Assembly: GCA_965215365.1 (NCBI GenBank)
Contig: CBDCDS010000003.1
Coordinates: 288,001 to 352,000 of the forward strand
From: Gammaproteobacteria bacterium
GTDB lineage: Bacteria > Pseudomonadota > Gammaproteobacteria > Eutrophobiales > Eutrophobiaceae
Direction of reading: 5' to 3'
Length of the DNA: 64,000 bases
Shown: positions 10,423 to 19,163 of the stretch, one piece after another
Layout: every line of letters starts with the position of its first letter
Position numbering within the stretch: the first letter of the stretch is position 1
Made by a program: the position numbers and the translations under genes
The notes under the pieces: model-generated
What the model saw: only the letters and a program-made list of their open reading frames with translations
Told to the model about the DNA's origin: nothing
Databases searched by the model: none

Positions 10423-11675
10423 CCAAGACTGAATTGCTGGAACTGATAGCGAATGGAGAGAACTCCGGAACGGAGTTCAAGCGCGATGATCTTCGCCCCG
10501 AGCAGTTGGCTAAAGAAGTTGTAGCGTTGGCTAACTTTCAGGGTGGCCGCATTCTTTTAGGGGTCGATGATGACGGAACGATCACTGGGGTTCAACGCGC
10601 TGACCTTGAGCGCTGGGTGATGGATACTGTCTTCGGCCGCTATGTTCATCCCATAATCATCCCATTTTACGAAGAAGTACAGATCGATGAAAAGTACCGT
10701 GTCGCCGTTGTAACCATAAGTCAAGGAACTACCAAGCCCTATGTAGTCCGTAACCGTGAGCGTGAAGACGTCTATATTCGGGCTGGCAGTACATCGCGCT
10801 TAGCGACGCGTGAGCAACAGGCTCGATTGTACGCACTCGGTGGCATGTTCCACGTAGAACTACTTCCCGTCTCAGGCAGCAAACTGACTGATCTTAGTCT
10901 GGACCGATTGAAAAATTACTTATTGGCCATTGTGGGTGACAAGAAATCGCCCGTGGATAACGAGGAATGGCACGAGCGCTTGTGTGGTTTGGGCTTTATG
11001 GTTGAACGCGATGACGGCCCTGCTATCTGCACAATCGCCGGTCTGCTCTTGTTTGGACATTCTCCTCGACGACTCCTTCATCAGGCCGGCATCCGTTGGA
11101 TGGCATTCAAAGGCAATGATAAAAGCTATAAAGCGCTGGATGATCAACTTATTGATGGACCACTGGTTGCCCTGCGAAAACCATCAGATGGGGGTAGGAG
11201 TGACATTACAGAAAACGGGTTACTGGAGAATATTATTCGGGTGATGCGACCATTTGTTTCAGAAGAACCAAGTGAATTAGAGGATTCATTACGACGAGAA
11301 CGTAATTGGCTGTACCCGGCAGATGCACTACGTGAGGCTATCATCAATGCGGTTGCCCACCGTGATTGGACTCGCTATGAGGAGATTGAGATTACACTGT
11401 ACGCAAACCGACTCGAGGTCTTGAGCCCTGGTGCGCTACAGAATTCGATGACAGTAGAAAAAATGTTAGCTGGCCAACGTTCACCACGCAACTCTTTGAT
11501 TGTTCAGGTTTTACGCGATTACGGTTACGTAGATGCAAGAGGCATGGGGGTAAGAAATAAAATTATTCCTCTCTTATTGGAGCAAAATCAGACAAAACCG
11601 GAATTCATAGCGACTGAGGATTACCTCAGGCTTGTCATGTATATCAGAAAGCCAAATGCCGAGACTGGAGATTGA
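10419..11675 (+). CDS. AlbA_2/Schlafen domain protein with a RecG-C-like (HATPase_c_4) domain
   Basis: GENSGTEFK, EVVALAN..GG.ILLGVDDDG, ALREAIINAVAHRD, LSPG and SPRN. GTGA overlap with the upstream gene. Confidence 0.88.
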   Translation: MTKTELLELIANGENSGTEFKRDDLRPEQLAKEVVALANFQGGRILLGVDDDGTITGVQRADLERWVMDTVFGRYVHPIIIPFYEEVQIDEKYRVAVVTISQGTTKPYVVRNREREDVYIRAGSTSRLATREQQARLYALGGMFHVELLPVSGSKLTDLSLDRLKNYLLAIVGDKKSPVDNEEWHERLCGLGFMVERDDGPAICTIAGLLLFGHSPRRLLHQAGIRWMAFKGNDKSYKALDDQLIDGPLVALRKPSDGGRSDITENGLLENIIRVMRPFVSEEPSELEDSLRRERNWLYPADALREAIINAVAHRDWTRYEEIEITLYANRLEVLSPGALQNSMTVEKMLAGQRSPRNSLIVQVLRDYGYVDARGMGVRNKIIPLLLEQNQTKPEFIATEDYLRLVMYIRKPNAETGD

Positions 11676-11713
11676 AACACAATTTCAGTTGGCGCTGTAT
11701 TCTCCCGGTTCTT

Positions 11714-12003
11714 CCGCTTCAACCAACGGTAGTAGGTCGCCCTCGACCAACCTACTGCTGCCAGTGCCGTCGCCTCACCACACCCATCCTCGCGTAACGT
11801 CGCAACTAATTCCAACTGCTGCAAACGACCGAGCGCGTCAGCATCGGTAGTATCATCCACGCGCCAACTGCGATATGATTTCACCCGCTTACCTTTTGAT
11901 CTGCATCGGGTAGTCCTCCTGTGTCAATTAGTTGAGATTAATTCACACACAGACTACCCGATTTCTTTATCTAAAGAGTCTCACTTGTTTCTGAACCCGG
12001 ACA
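11714..12003 (-). mobile_element. Truncated IS481-family copy (left end plus frameshifted transposase 5' end)
   Basis: Reverse complement of about 21190-21479, including the TIR tgtccgggttcagaaacaagtgagactc. Confidence 0.9.
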
Positions 12004-12070
12004 AAGTAGCGCTATGGCAGTTCTGTTCCCTTGGGGGAGAGGTCGGGGTGAAGGGATGAAATACTCCTTA

Positions 12071-12836
12071 AAATAAAACAGGGGCTACATCAGCAGCGGG
12101 CGCTGCCGGGTAGCCGTTGGGTTTGTTGACTTTCGTGAACGGGAAGTTGGGGTTGCTGCTTGAAATTCAGACTGCAACCGTTAGCTGTGGCTTGGCTCAG
12201 TCGGTGCCGTACTTTGCCGGTTCTTCCGCCACGCGGCGGCTGAGTAGCGCATCGCTCAGCCCCCCCACCAGGCCTTCTAAGTGCGCCATGCGTTCGCGTA
12301 ACTCGCCTATCTCTGCTCGCGTGGTTTTGAATTCTGCCTGTGTCTCTGCGCGTTGGGCTTGCATTTCTTCGCGTTGGGCCTGGAATTGTGCCTGTGTCTC
12401 TGCGCGTTGGGCTTGCATTTCTGCGCGCACGGCTTTGAATTCTGCCTGTGTCTCTGCGCGTTGGGCTTGCATCTCTGCGCGCACGGCTTTGAATTCCGCC
12501 TGTGTCTCTGCGCGTTGGGCTTGCATTTCTGCGCGCACGGCTTTGAATTCTGCCTGTGTCTCTGCGCGAAGGGTGCGCGTTTCTTCGCGTTGGGCGCGCT
12601 GGCCGTTGAGAATGAGGCCGGCGAGGGCGATGATGGCGCCGATGAGCGTGATGGCGGCGCTGATGATGGCGATGAGTTCCATAGACATGTTCTGTCTCCT
12701 TTGTATCCGATTAGGTACAACGGGTTATCGTGTTTTCCAGTATAGGGTATCCGGGGGTGTTGTCAATGGTTTTTTGTTGGGTTTTGTGAGTTTTCTCACA
12801 AAACTGTGAAGGTTTTGCTGTTCGGGCTGGGGCAAT
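12071..12836 (-). repeat. Repeat unit copy 2 (promoter-ORF-terminator)
   Basis: Runs from aaataaaacaggggctac to gctgttcgggctggggcaat and matches copy 4 end to end. Confidence 0.93.
12197..12688 (-). CDS. Small TM + coiled-coil protein, copy 2 (163 aa)
   Basis: Same termini as copy 1 with an expanded RAETQAEFKAV-RAEMQAQ module (x3). Confidence 0.85.
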   Translation of the reverse strand: MSMELIAIISAAITLIGAIIALAGLILNGQRAQREETRTLRAETQAEFKAVRAEMQAQRAETQAEFKAVRAEMQAQRAETQAEFKAVRAEMQAQRAETQAQFQAQREEMQAQRAETQAEFKTTRAEIGELRERMAHLEGLVGGLSDALLSRRVAEEPAKYGTD

Positions 12837-12860
12837 TTGGTGAGATCTGCGGGCTAATTG

Positions 12861-12888
12861 TTGACAAATAAAGAAATAGCGGTACGAT
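12861..12888 (+). promoter_or_regulatory. Sigma70-like promoter of the NYN gene
   Basis: TTGACA (12861-66), 16-bp spacer, TACGAT (12883-88). Confidence 0.65.
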
Positions 12889-12894
12889 GGCACC

Positions 12895-12967
12895 TGTTCC
12901 GGGCCTTTGGCAGTAGGCTTTCCCGAGTGTTACAGGAGGAAAGCCAAACCCAAAGGCCATTTTGTTT
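12895..12967 (+). ncRNA. Putative structured leader RNA upstream of the NYN nuclease
   Basis: Nested perfect stems ggcctttgg/ccaaaggcc (12902-10/12950-58) and ggctttcc/ggaaagcc (12916-23/12938-45), followed by attttgttt. Confidence 0.55.
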
Positions 12968-12991
12968 CAACGTCAGTAAAGGAATAGAATC

Positions 12992-13636
12992 ATGTCTGTC
13001 GCAATTCTTGTAGATGCAGCCTTTTTCATCAAGCGATTCCCTGCGATTTATCCAGGACTTGATAAAAGCAACCCTGAAGTGGTTGGCAAAACTTTATGTT
13101 CCATGTGTATGGAGCATGTGAAAGGAGAAGTCTTGTACAGGATACTGGTCTACGACTGCAAACCATTGAATAGAAAAAGCGCGCATCCGTTAACTGGAAG
13201 ACCGGTTGATTTTTCAAAAATACCGGGGGCGCTATTTCGTGTGGAGCTCCATAAATTTTTGAAAAAACAACGAAAGGTTGCGCTTAGATTGGGAGAGCTT
13301 ACGTCGACGGGAGCCTGGAAGATCAAGACATCTGTAACCCGTAAGCTCTTGAGAAAGCAAATCAATATCAGCGATTTGTCAAACATGGATGTTGAATTTG
13401 ATGTAAAACAGAAAGGCGTGGATATGCGTATCGGGTTAGATATTGCATCATTGTCTTTGAAAGGGATGGTTAATCAGATCATATTGATTTCAGGGGATGG
13501 CGATTTTGTTCCGGCAGCGAAACTGGCACGACGTGAAGGGATTGACTTTGTTCTTGACCCGCTCTGGTCCACATTCATTAGTGAAGGGCTTTACGAACAT
13601 ATAGACGGACTTAAATCAGTTGTACCCCGCCCGTAA
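12992..13636 (+). CDS. NYN (LabA/DUF88, PIN-fold) domain ribonuclease
   Basis: AILVDAAF, YRILVYD, KQKGVDMRIGLDI and LISGDGDFVPAAKLARREG. Lower GC than the flanks. Confidence 0.92.
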   Translation: MSVAILVDAAFFIKRFPAIYPGLDKSNPEVVGKTLCSMCMEHVKGEVLYRILVYDCKPLNRKSAHPLTGRPVDFSKIPGALFRVELHKFLKKQRKVALRLGELTSTGAWKIKTSVTRKLLRKQINISDLSNMDVEFDVKQKGVDMRIGLDIASLSLKGMVNQIILISGDGDFVPAAKLARREGIDFVLDPLWSTFISEGLYEHIDGLKSVVPRP

Positions 13637-14204
13637 AACAGGGGCTACGTCAGCAGCATGCGCTGCCGGGTAGCCGTTGGGTTTGTTGACTTTCGTGAAC
13701 GGGAAGTTGGGGTTACTGCTTGAGATTTAGACTGCAACTGTTGGTTATGGCTTGGCTCAGTCGGTGCCGTACTTTGCTGGCTCTTCCGCCACGCGGCGGC
13801 TGAGTAGCGCATCGCTCAGCCCCCCCACCAGGCCTTCCAAGTGCGCCATGCGTTCGCGTAACTTGCCTATCTCTGCTCGCGTGGTTTTGAATTCTTCTTG
13901 CACGGCTTTGAATTGGGCTTGTGTCTCTGTGCGCTGGGCTTGCATTTCTTCGCGTTGGGCCTGGAATTCTGCCTGTGTCTCTGCGCGAAGGGCGCGCGTT
14001 TCTTCTCGCTGGGCGCGTTGGCCGTTGAGAATAAGGCCAGCGAGCGCGATGGTGGCGCTTATGATTGCGATGAGTTCCATGGACATGTTCTGTCTCCTTC
14101 GTATCCGGTTTGGTACAACGGGTTATCGTGTTTTCCAGTATAGGGTATCCGGGGGTGTTGTCAATGGTTTTTTGTTGGGTTTTGTGGGGTTTGTCACAAA
14201 ACTG
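13634..14204 (-). repeat. Repeat unit copy 3
   Basis: Begins at the NYN stop codon (taaaacaggggctac) and ends at cacaaaactg, followed by a MITE end. Confidence 0.93.
13757..14086 (-). CDS. Small TM + coiled-coil protein, copy 3 (109 aa)
   Basis: Same family, with the TM segment 7 aa shorter and a different module combination. Confidence 0.85.
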   Translation of the reverse strand: MSMELIAIISATIALAGLILNGQRAQREETRALRAETQAEFQAQREEMQAQRTETQAQFKAVQEEFKTTRAEIGKLRERMAHLEGLVGGLSDALLSRRVAEEPAKYGTD

Positions 14205-14407
14205 CCAACCCGCATATCTCACCAAGTGATGCGAATATCGCCTCAACCTGCGCGCAGTAAGGGCTGGATGGCAATACCTGGGCGAAGCTCGGGGAGGCGC
14301 TGCCGTTTTCGCAAGACGAAAAAAGTTTTGTCGATCAGGTAATATGGATGTTATAGTTTGATCGTCACCGGCTTGGTGTACGTAATGCTTTACGTGGGGA
14401 TTTAATA

Positions 14408-14635
14408 ATGTCGGGATTTGACTACGAAAAGGAAATAATCGGCTACTATAAGCTCTGGCTTGGGGTGCTGCTGGTCACGGACATCAGTTTGTGTGGCTGG
14501 CTCGCAAACAACTATCTTTCGGCGCCACAGTGGTTAGTGACCGGGGCTGCTCTGTTGGTCTTTCTGACGACAGGTTTCGTCGTGTTTATTGGTTCAAGCA
14601 CCGAAAGTTTCATTAAGAAACTAAAGAGGAAATAG
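14408..14635 (+). CDS. Small two-TM membrane protein
   Basis: KEIIGYYKLWLGVLLVTDISLCGWL, then a second hydrophobic helix and a basic tail. Confidence 0.7.
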   Translation: MSGFDYEKEIIGYYKLWLGVLLVTDISLCGWLANNYLSAPQWLVTGAALLVFLTTGFVVFIGSSTESFIKKLKRK

Positions 14636-14637
14636 CT

Positions 14638-14724
14638 ATGGATATGTTTGTCGCACTTATGATGGTGAGCGTCGGCTTGGTGTTTTGTTACATGGCCTAC
14701 AGGGCCACCCGGAATTTGAAGTAA
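14638..14724 (+). CDS. 28-aa single-TM peptide (not in the ORF track)
   Basis: MDMFVALMMVSVGLVFCYMAYRATRNLK*, starting 2 bp after the previous stop, with a GAGG RBS. Confidence 0.5.
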   Translation: MDMFVALMMVSVGLVFCYMAYRATRNLK

Positions 14725-14812
14725 CTGCAGAACTTACCCGTTTTACGCCCAGCTGTCTTACCGAGGTTAGCGGGAACTACCGTGTCCGGTGGGAAAATAA
14801 ACCACTCCCTGC

Positions 14813-15510
14813 AATAAAACAGGGGCTACGTCAGCAGCGGGCGCTGCCGGGTAGCCGCTGGGTTTGTTTACTTCTGTGGACGGGAAGGCTGGGTTGCTGC
14901 CGGGATTCAGACTGCAACCGTTGGCTGTGGCTTGGCTCAGTCGGTGCCGTACTTTGCTGGCTCTTCCGCCACGCGGCGGCTGAGTAGCGCATCGCTCAGT
15001 CCCCCCACCAGGCCTTCCAAGTGCGCCATGCGTTCGCGTAACTCGCCTATCTCTGCTCGCGTGGTTTTGAATTCTTCTTGCACGGCTTTGAATTGGGCTT
15101 GTGTCTCTGTGCGCTGGGCTTGCATTTCTTCGCGTTGGGCCTGGAATTGTGCCTGTGTCTCTGCGCGTTGGGCTTGCATCTCTGCGCGCACGGCTTTGAA
15201 TTCCGCCTGTGTCTCTGCGCGCTGGGCTTGCATCTCTGCACGCTGGGCTTGCATTTCCTCTCGTTGGGTGCGCGTTTCTTCTCGTTGGGCGCGTTGGCCG
15301 TTGAGAATGAGGCCAGCGAGCGCGATGGTGGCGCTTATGATGGCGATGAGTTCCATAGACATGTTCTGTCTCCTTCGTATCCGGTTTGGTACAACGGGTT
15401 ATCGTGTTTTCCAGTATAGGGTATCCGGGGGTGTTGTCAATGGTTTTTTGTTGGGTTTTGTGAGTTTTCTCACAAAACTGTGAAGGTTTTGCTGTTCGGG
15501 ATGGGGCAAT
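14813..15510 (-). repeat. Repeat unit copy 4
   Basis: Runs from aataaaacaggggctac to gctgttcgggatggggcaat. Confidence 0.93.
14937..15362 (-). CDS. Small TM + coiled-coil protein, copy 4 (141 aa)
   Basis: Same family with another module combination. Confidence 0.85.
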   Translation of the reverse strand: MSMELIAIISATIALAGLILNGQRAQREETRTQREEMQAQRAEMQAQRAETQAEFKAVRAEMQAQRAETQAQFQAQREEMQAQRTETQAQFKAVQEEFKTTRAEIGELRERMAHLEGLVGGLSDALLSRRVAEEPAKYGTD

Positions 15511-15524
15511 GGGACGGGGGGTAC

Positions 15525-15573
15525 AAATAAAACAGGGGCTACGTCAGCAGCATGCGCCGCCGGGTAGCCCCTG
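15525..15573 (-). terminator. Intrinsic terminator of the RTX gene, also the partial fifth copy of the repeat 3' segment
   Basis: caggggctac/gtagcccctg stem with a minus-strand U tract. The same sequence follows small-ORF copies 2-4. Confidence 0.75.
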
Positions 15574-15620
15574 GGTTCGTTTACTTCCGTGAACGGGAAG
15601 TTTGGTTACTACTTTACTGA

Positions 15621-18600
15621 TCAGGCCACCAAGATGAAACCACCTTCACCTGCTTCGAACACCTCCGGATCATTACCACTAGCAATATTAAATATCTTCA
15701 GGCTGGTGAGTTTGCCATCACGACCAACTTCACCTACACCCCCCAGACTGTTAACACCATCCAAGATGATTTTCCCGCCGCCGACTGAGGTCAAATCGAT
15801 CCTGACGTTGGTACCGAACACATCAATCAGATTCATCAAATCCGCCTCTTTGAGGTTGTAGGCAGACAGATCAATGGCGTCATTTTCAAGGCTGGTAAGA
15901 CCGGAAATAACATCGTCTCCGTTTCCATCGGCAGGGCTGAACACAAAGGTATCCTGACCAGCGCCGCCATCCAGTTGGTCATCCCCAGCACCGCCATTGA
16001 TCGTGTCATCGCCGGAACCACCGGTAATTTTGTCATTGCCCGCATCGCCGTGCAGCTCGTTATTACCGCTTGCGGCACGTATAATATCGTTGCCATCGCC
16101 GCCGTACAGCTTATCGTCGCCAGCGCCGCCAATCAACATATCATCACCCCCCATGCCTTTGAGAACATTGGGGTTGTCATCGCCGGTCAGTGTGTCTTTC
16201 TGGTTGGAACCGGTCAGGTTCTCGATACTGCCCAGCCTATCGCCAGCAGCGCCATTAGTCTCGGGGTTTTCATCGACATCAAAAGGAGAACCGGGGTTCA
16301 TGAGCATAGACGGGACACCTTCTGCATCAATACCATTACCATCACCCGCCGTGATCGTAGGAGTATCCACTGTACCGAATACAAACGGCTCTCCTTTGGT
16401 ACCCATGCCTGTAACCTGCTTTGTATCATTATCGGTCACCAAGCTCACGGTAACACCTACCATAGAGGCCTCGTAGGATACGGTATCGCGGCCGCCATCA
16501 CCCTGAATCAGGTCAGCGCCAGAGCTGGCGATGAAAATGTCATCATGTTCGGAACCCCAAACCAACTCGATGTTGTTCAAGATATCGCCGTCGGCATCGC
16601 CGCGGGTGCCTCTACCAGTAGCCAGATTAACCGTGATGCCAGCGGTTGCGTTCTTATAGACGGCCCAGTCGATGGAAGCGGGCTTCATTTCGCCTGGATC
16701 AACGGTACCGTTTCCATCGGCATCACCAGGCACCATGTTGTTCCTTTCATCTTTATCCTCACCACCGTCCAGCATGTCGGCGCCCGGACCGCCGGTCAGA
16801 CGGTCGGAGCCGGCGCCGCCCCGGAGGGTATCATTGCCAGCGCCACCGTTCAGGTTATTGTCGTGGTCATTACCGGTCAGGCTGTCGGCGTACTTGGAAC
16901 CGGTGATGTGCCGGAACGTCGCGACATCAACCGTGTTGTTCGGATCACGTCGCGTCGGTGCGCTTTCTTCGTAAGTCACAATAGTATCGCCTTCGGCATG
17001 ACCGCCGGCAGCGCTGGCCGTGGCCAGGTTTATCGTGACACCTGCGTTAGACGTGGCGTAGAGCAGGGTGTTGGCCTCGAAATTCGGATTGCCCTTGTCA
17101 TCTTCAGCATCGCCGGCAGCATCGCCGGCATCATTGGCAGGTGTATAGCCACCGTCCAATTCATCCGCGCCAGCACCGCCTTCAATCGTATCGTTACCAC
17201 CGGCACCGTCTATATCGTCATCACCGTCCATCCCCCACAGCTTGTTAGCGACCATGTTACCGGTTAAATCATCACCGTAGGCAGAACCTCTGATGTTTTC
17301 AAAGTTGGTGGCTGTATCGCCGGAGGCGTGGCCTCTGGACGCAATCGCAGCAGCACCATCACCATCTCGCAGCTCGACCCTGACCCGGGTATCGGAATGG
17401 CGGTAGGAGAGAGTGTCTTCGCCCTCACCACCATCCAAGGTATCTCCACCTTCGTGACCTTCGATTTCGTTATCATGACGATTGCCCGTCAGGGTATCAT
17501 CGTCCTGAGAACCGATGATGTTTTCAATATTTTTCACAGTACCACGGGCTGCGCCCCCGACAGTGATATTACCTGCTAACAGATCCACCGTAAGACCCTC
17601 ATCTAACAACGCGAAAGAGACAGTATCAACCGCGTTCGGGTCTCCCTCCGCTTCAGTTTCTGAAGGATCCATAACCATAACCCAACCATCAACTTTATCC
17701 CCAGGCCTAGCATGAATCATATCGCTGCCAGCGCCGCCATAGTACGTGTTAGTGCCTCTATTACCCCACAAATGGTCATTGCCAGGGCCGCCGAAGAGCA
17801 TATCATCACCGGCACCGCCGAAGATTCTGTCGTTGCCCCTCCCACCATAAAGCGTATCGTCATTGTCGATACCAGAGTTCGTACTGCGCGCATCGGTCGG
17901 ATTCGGGCCGCCGTAAATCGTGTCATCGCCATCGCCGCCCCGGATGGTGTTATCCCTGAAATCACCGGCCAGGATATCGTTGTAGGCCGACCCGGTCAGG
18001 TCTTCAACATCAGCCAGCATGACGGAGGTGGAATCCCCGTCGCTGTTGGTATAGTCAGTCTCAGCCGTCAGGCTCCAAGTATCGCCTTCGGCGTCACCCA
18101 ACATGGCCTGCCCACTGTGCAGGCGCACTATGACACCCATCGGGGACATGCTATAGGAAGCTATATCGCTCCCGGCGCCACCGGTCAGCATGTCGGCGCC
18201 GGGGCCGCCTTCGAGGGTGTCATCGCCGTCGCCACCGGTCAGCATGTCGGCGCCGGGGCCGCCCCAGAGCTTGTCATCGCCCCGGGCGCCGTCCAGCATG
18301 TCATCCCCATCAAGCCCCCACAGTTTATTGACTCGTCTACTACCGGTGAGCACGTCGTCATAGGCAGAACCGATGATGTTCTCAATCCGGTCATTGCCCT
18401 TGTCAACGAGGGTATCGCCGTCGGCATCGCCGCCGCGCGCCGCGCCACTGGTCAGATTGATGGTGACGCCCACCATCGAACCGACATAGGTGATGGTGTC
18501 TTCACCATCACCCCCGCTGAGCGCGTCAGCCCCCGGACCGCCTGACAGCAGGTCATCGCCATTCCCGCCATTCAGCTTGTCATCGCCGCCCATGCCGTAC

Positions 18601-19163
18601 AAGGAATCGTCACCGTTCAGACCGTTGAGCGTATCGTTCTGAGCGCCGCCCTTGATTTTGTCGTCTTCATCTGTGCCCGCCAGAGTCCCACCGACAGTCG
18701 TCGCTGGCACCTTCTTCTCATTCAACGTCACCGTGTAGTCAGCAGACGTCATAATGACATTTGTACCCGGGTTGCCCGTATAGGCACTCACTGCGATAAA
18801 GTACTTCTGCGTGCCACTGCCGGCTTCGGGCGTAAACTTAAGCTTAGGATGCAGTGCGGTTGAGACGCCGTTGGAGCCCACAACATCATCTTCCATCTTG
18901 ATTTCGCCGCCCTTTCCATCGTACAGCGTCAAAATGGTATCGGTAAGGGTATCACTACCCTCTATGGAAAACGTGTACTCATTACCCTCGCTCAGCTCGA
19001 CCGCAATCCAGTCCACATCGTGCTTGGAGGTCAGGGTGCCCTTAACCGTGCTTGCCACTGATTTACCATCAAACGGCCCGTTCGGCGGCATGAAGCTAAG
19101 CTCAGTGCTCGTATCTGCGGGCGCATCCTTGCCCATCAACTTGCTTTCGTCTCGGTCTGGCAT
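15621..19163 (-). CDS. RTX / hemolysin-type calcium-binding protein with an N-terminal PPC-like domain (probable type I secretion substrate)
   Basis: Many GGxGxDxL nonapeptides, GVTINL..G...GGDA.GD repeats, and a DVDWIAVEL PPC-like segment. AGGAG RBS before the ATG at 19163. Confidence 0.92.
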   Translation of the reverse strand: MPDRDESKLMGKDAPADTSTELSFMPPNGPFDGKSVASTVKGTLTSKHDVDWIAVELSEGNEYTFSIEGSDTLTDTILTLYDGKGGEIKMEDDVVGSNGVSTALHPKLKFTPEAGSGTQKYFIAVSAYTGNPGTNVIMTSADYTVTLNEKKVPATTVGGTLAGTDEDDKIKGGAQNDTLNGLNGDDSLYGMGGDDKLNGGNGDDLLSGGPGADALSGGDGEDTITYVGSMVGVTINLTSGAARGGDADGDTLVDKGNDRIENIIGSAYDDVLTGSRRVNKLWGLDGDDMLDGARGDDKLWGGPGADMLTGGDGDDTLEGGPGADMLTGGAGSDIASYSMSPMGVIVRLHSGQAMLGDAEGDTWSLTAETDYTNSDGDSTSVMLADVEDLTGSAYNDILAGDFRDNTIRGGDGDDTIYGGPNPTDARSTNSGIDNDDTLYGGRGNDRIFGGAGDDMLFGGPGNDHLWGNRGTNTYYGGAGSDMIHARPGDKVDGWVMVMDPSETEAEGDPNAVDTVSFALLDEGLTVDLLAGNITVGGAARGTVKNIENIIGSQDDDTLTGNRHDNEIEGHEGGDTLDGGEGEDTLSYRHSDTRVRVELRDGDGAAAIASRGHASGDTATNFENIRGSAYGDDLTGNMVANKLWGMDGDDDIDGAGGNDTIEGGAGADELDGGYTPANDAGDAAGDAEDDKGNPNFEANTLLYATSNAGVTINLATASAAGGHAEGDTIVTYEESAPTRRDPNNTVDVATFRHITGSKYADSLTGNDHDNNLNGGAGNDTLRGGAGSDRLTGGPGADMLDGGEDKDERNNMVPGDADGNGTVDPGEMKPASIDWAVYKNATAGITVNLATGRGTRGDADGDILNNIELVWGSEHDDIFIASSGADLIQGDGGRDTVSYEASMVGVTVSLVTDNDTKQVTGMGTKGEPFVFGTVDTPTITAGDGNGIDAEGVPSMLMNPGSPFDVDENPETNGAAGDRLGSIENLTGSNQKDTLTGDDNPNVLKGMGGDDMLIGGAGDDKLYGGDGNDIIRAASGNNELHGDAGNDKITGGSGDDTINGGAGDDQLDGGAGQDTFVFSPADGNGDDVISGLTSLENDAIDLSAYNLKEADLMNLIDVFGTNVRIDLTSVGGGKIILDGVNSLGGVGEVGRDGKLTSLKIFNIASGNDPEVFEAGEGGFILVA

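Noticed and set aside
14685-14987. 100-aa plus-strand ORF and similar antisense ORFs over the repeat units
   Set aside because: They run through the terminator and antisense to the small ORFs, which have the promoter and RBS support.
7144-15608. Classical integron or diversity-generating retroelement
   Set aside because: No tyrosine integrase, no attC-type hairpins and no reverse transcriptase. Variation among copies is module number, not adenine-specific substitution.
15975-18545. Long plus-strand ORFs opposite the RTX gene
   Set aside because: Shadow frames produced by repetitive GC-rich codon usage, with no recognisable motifs.
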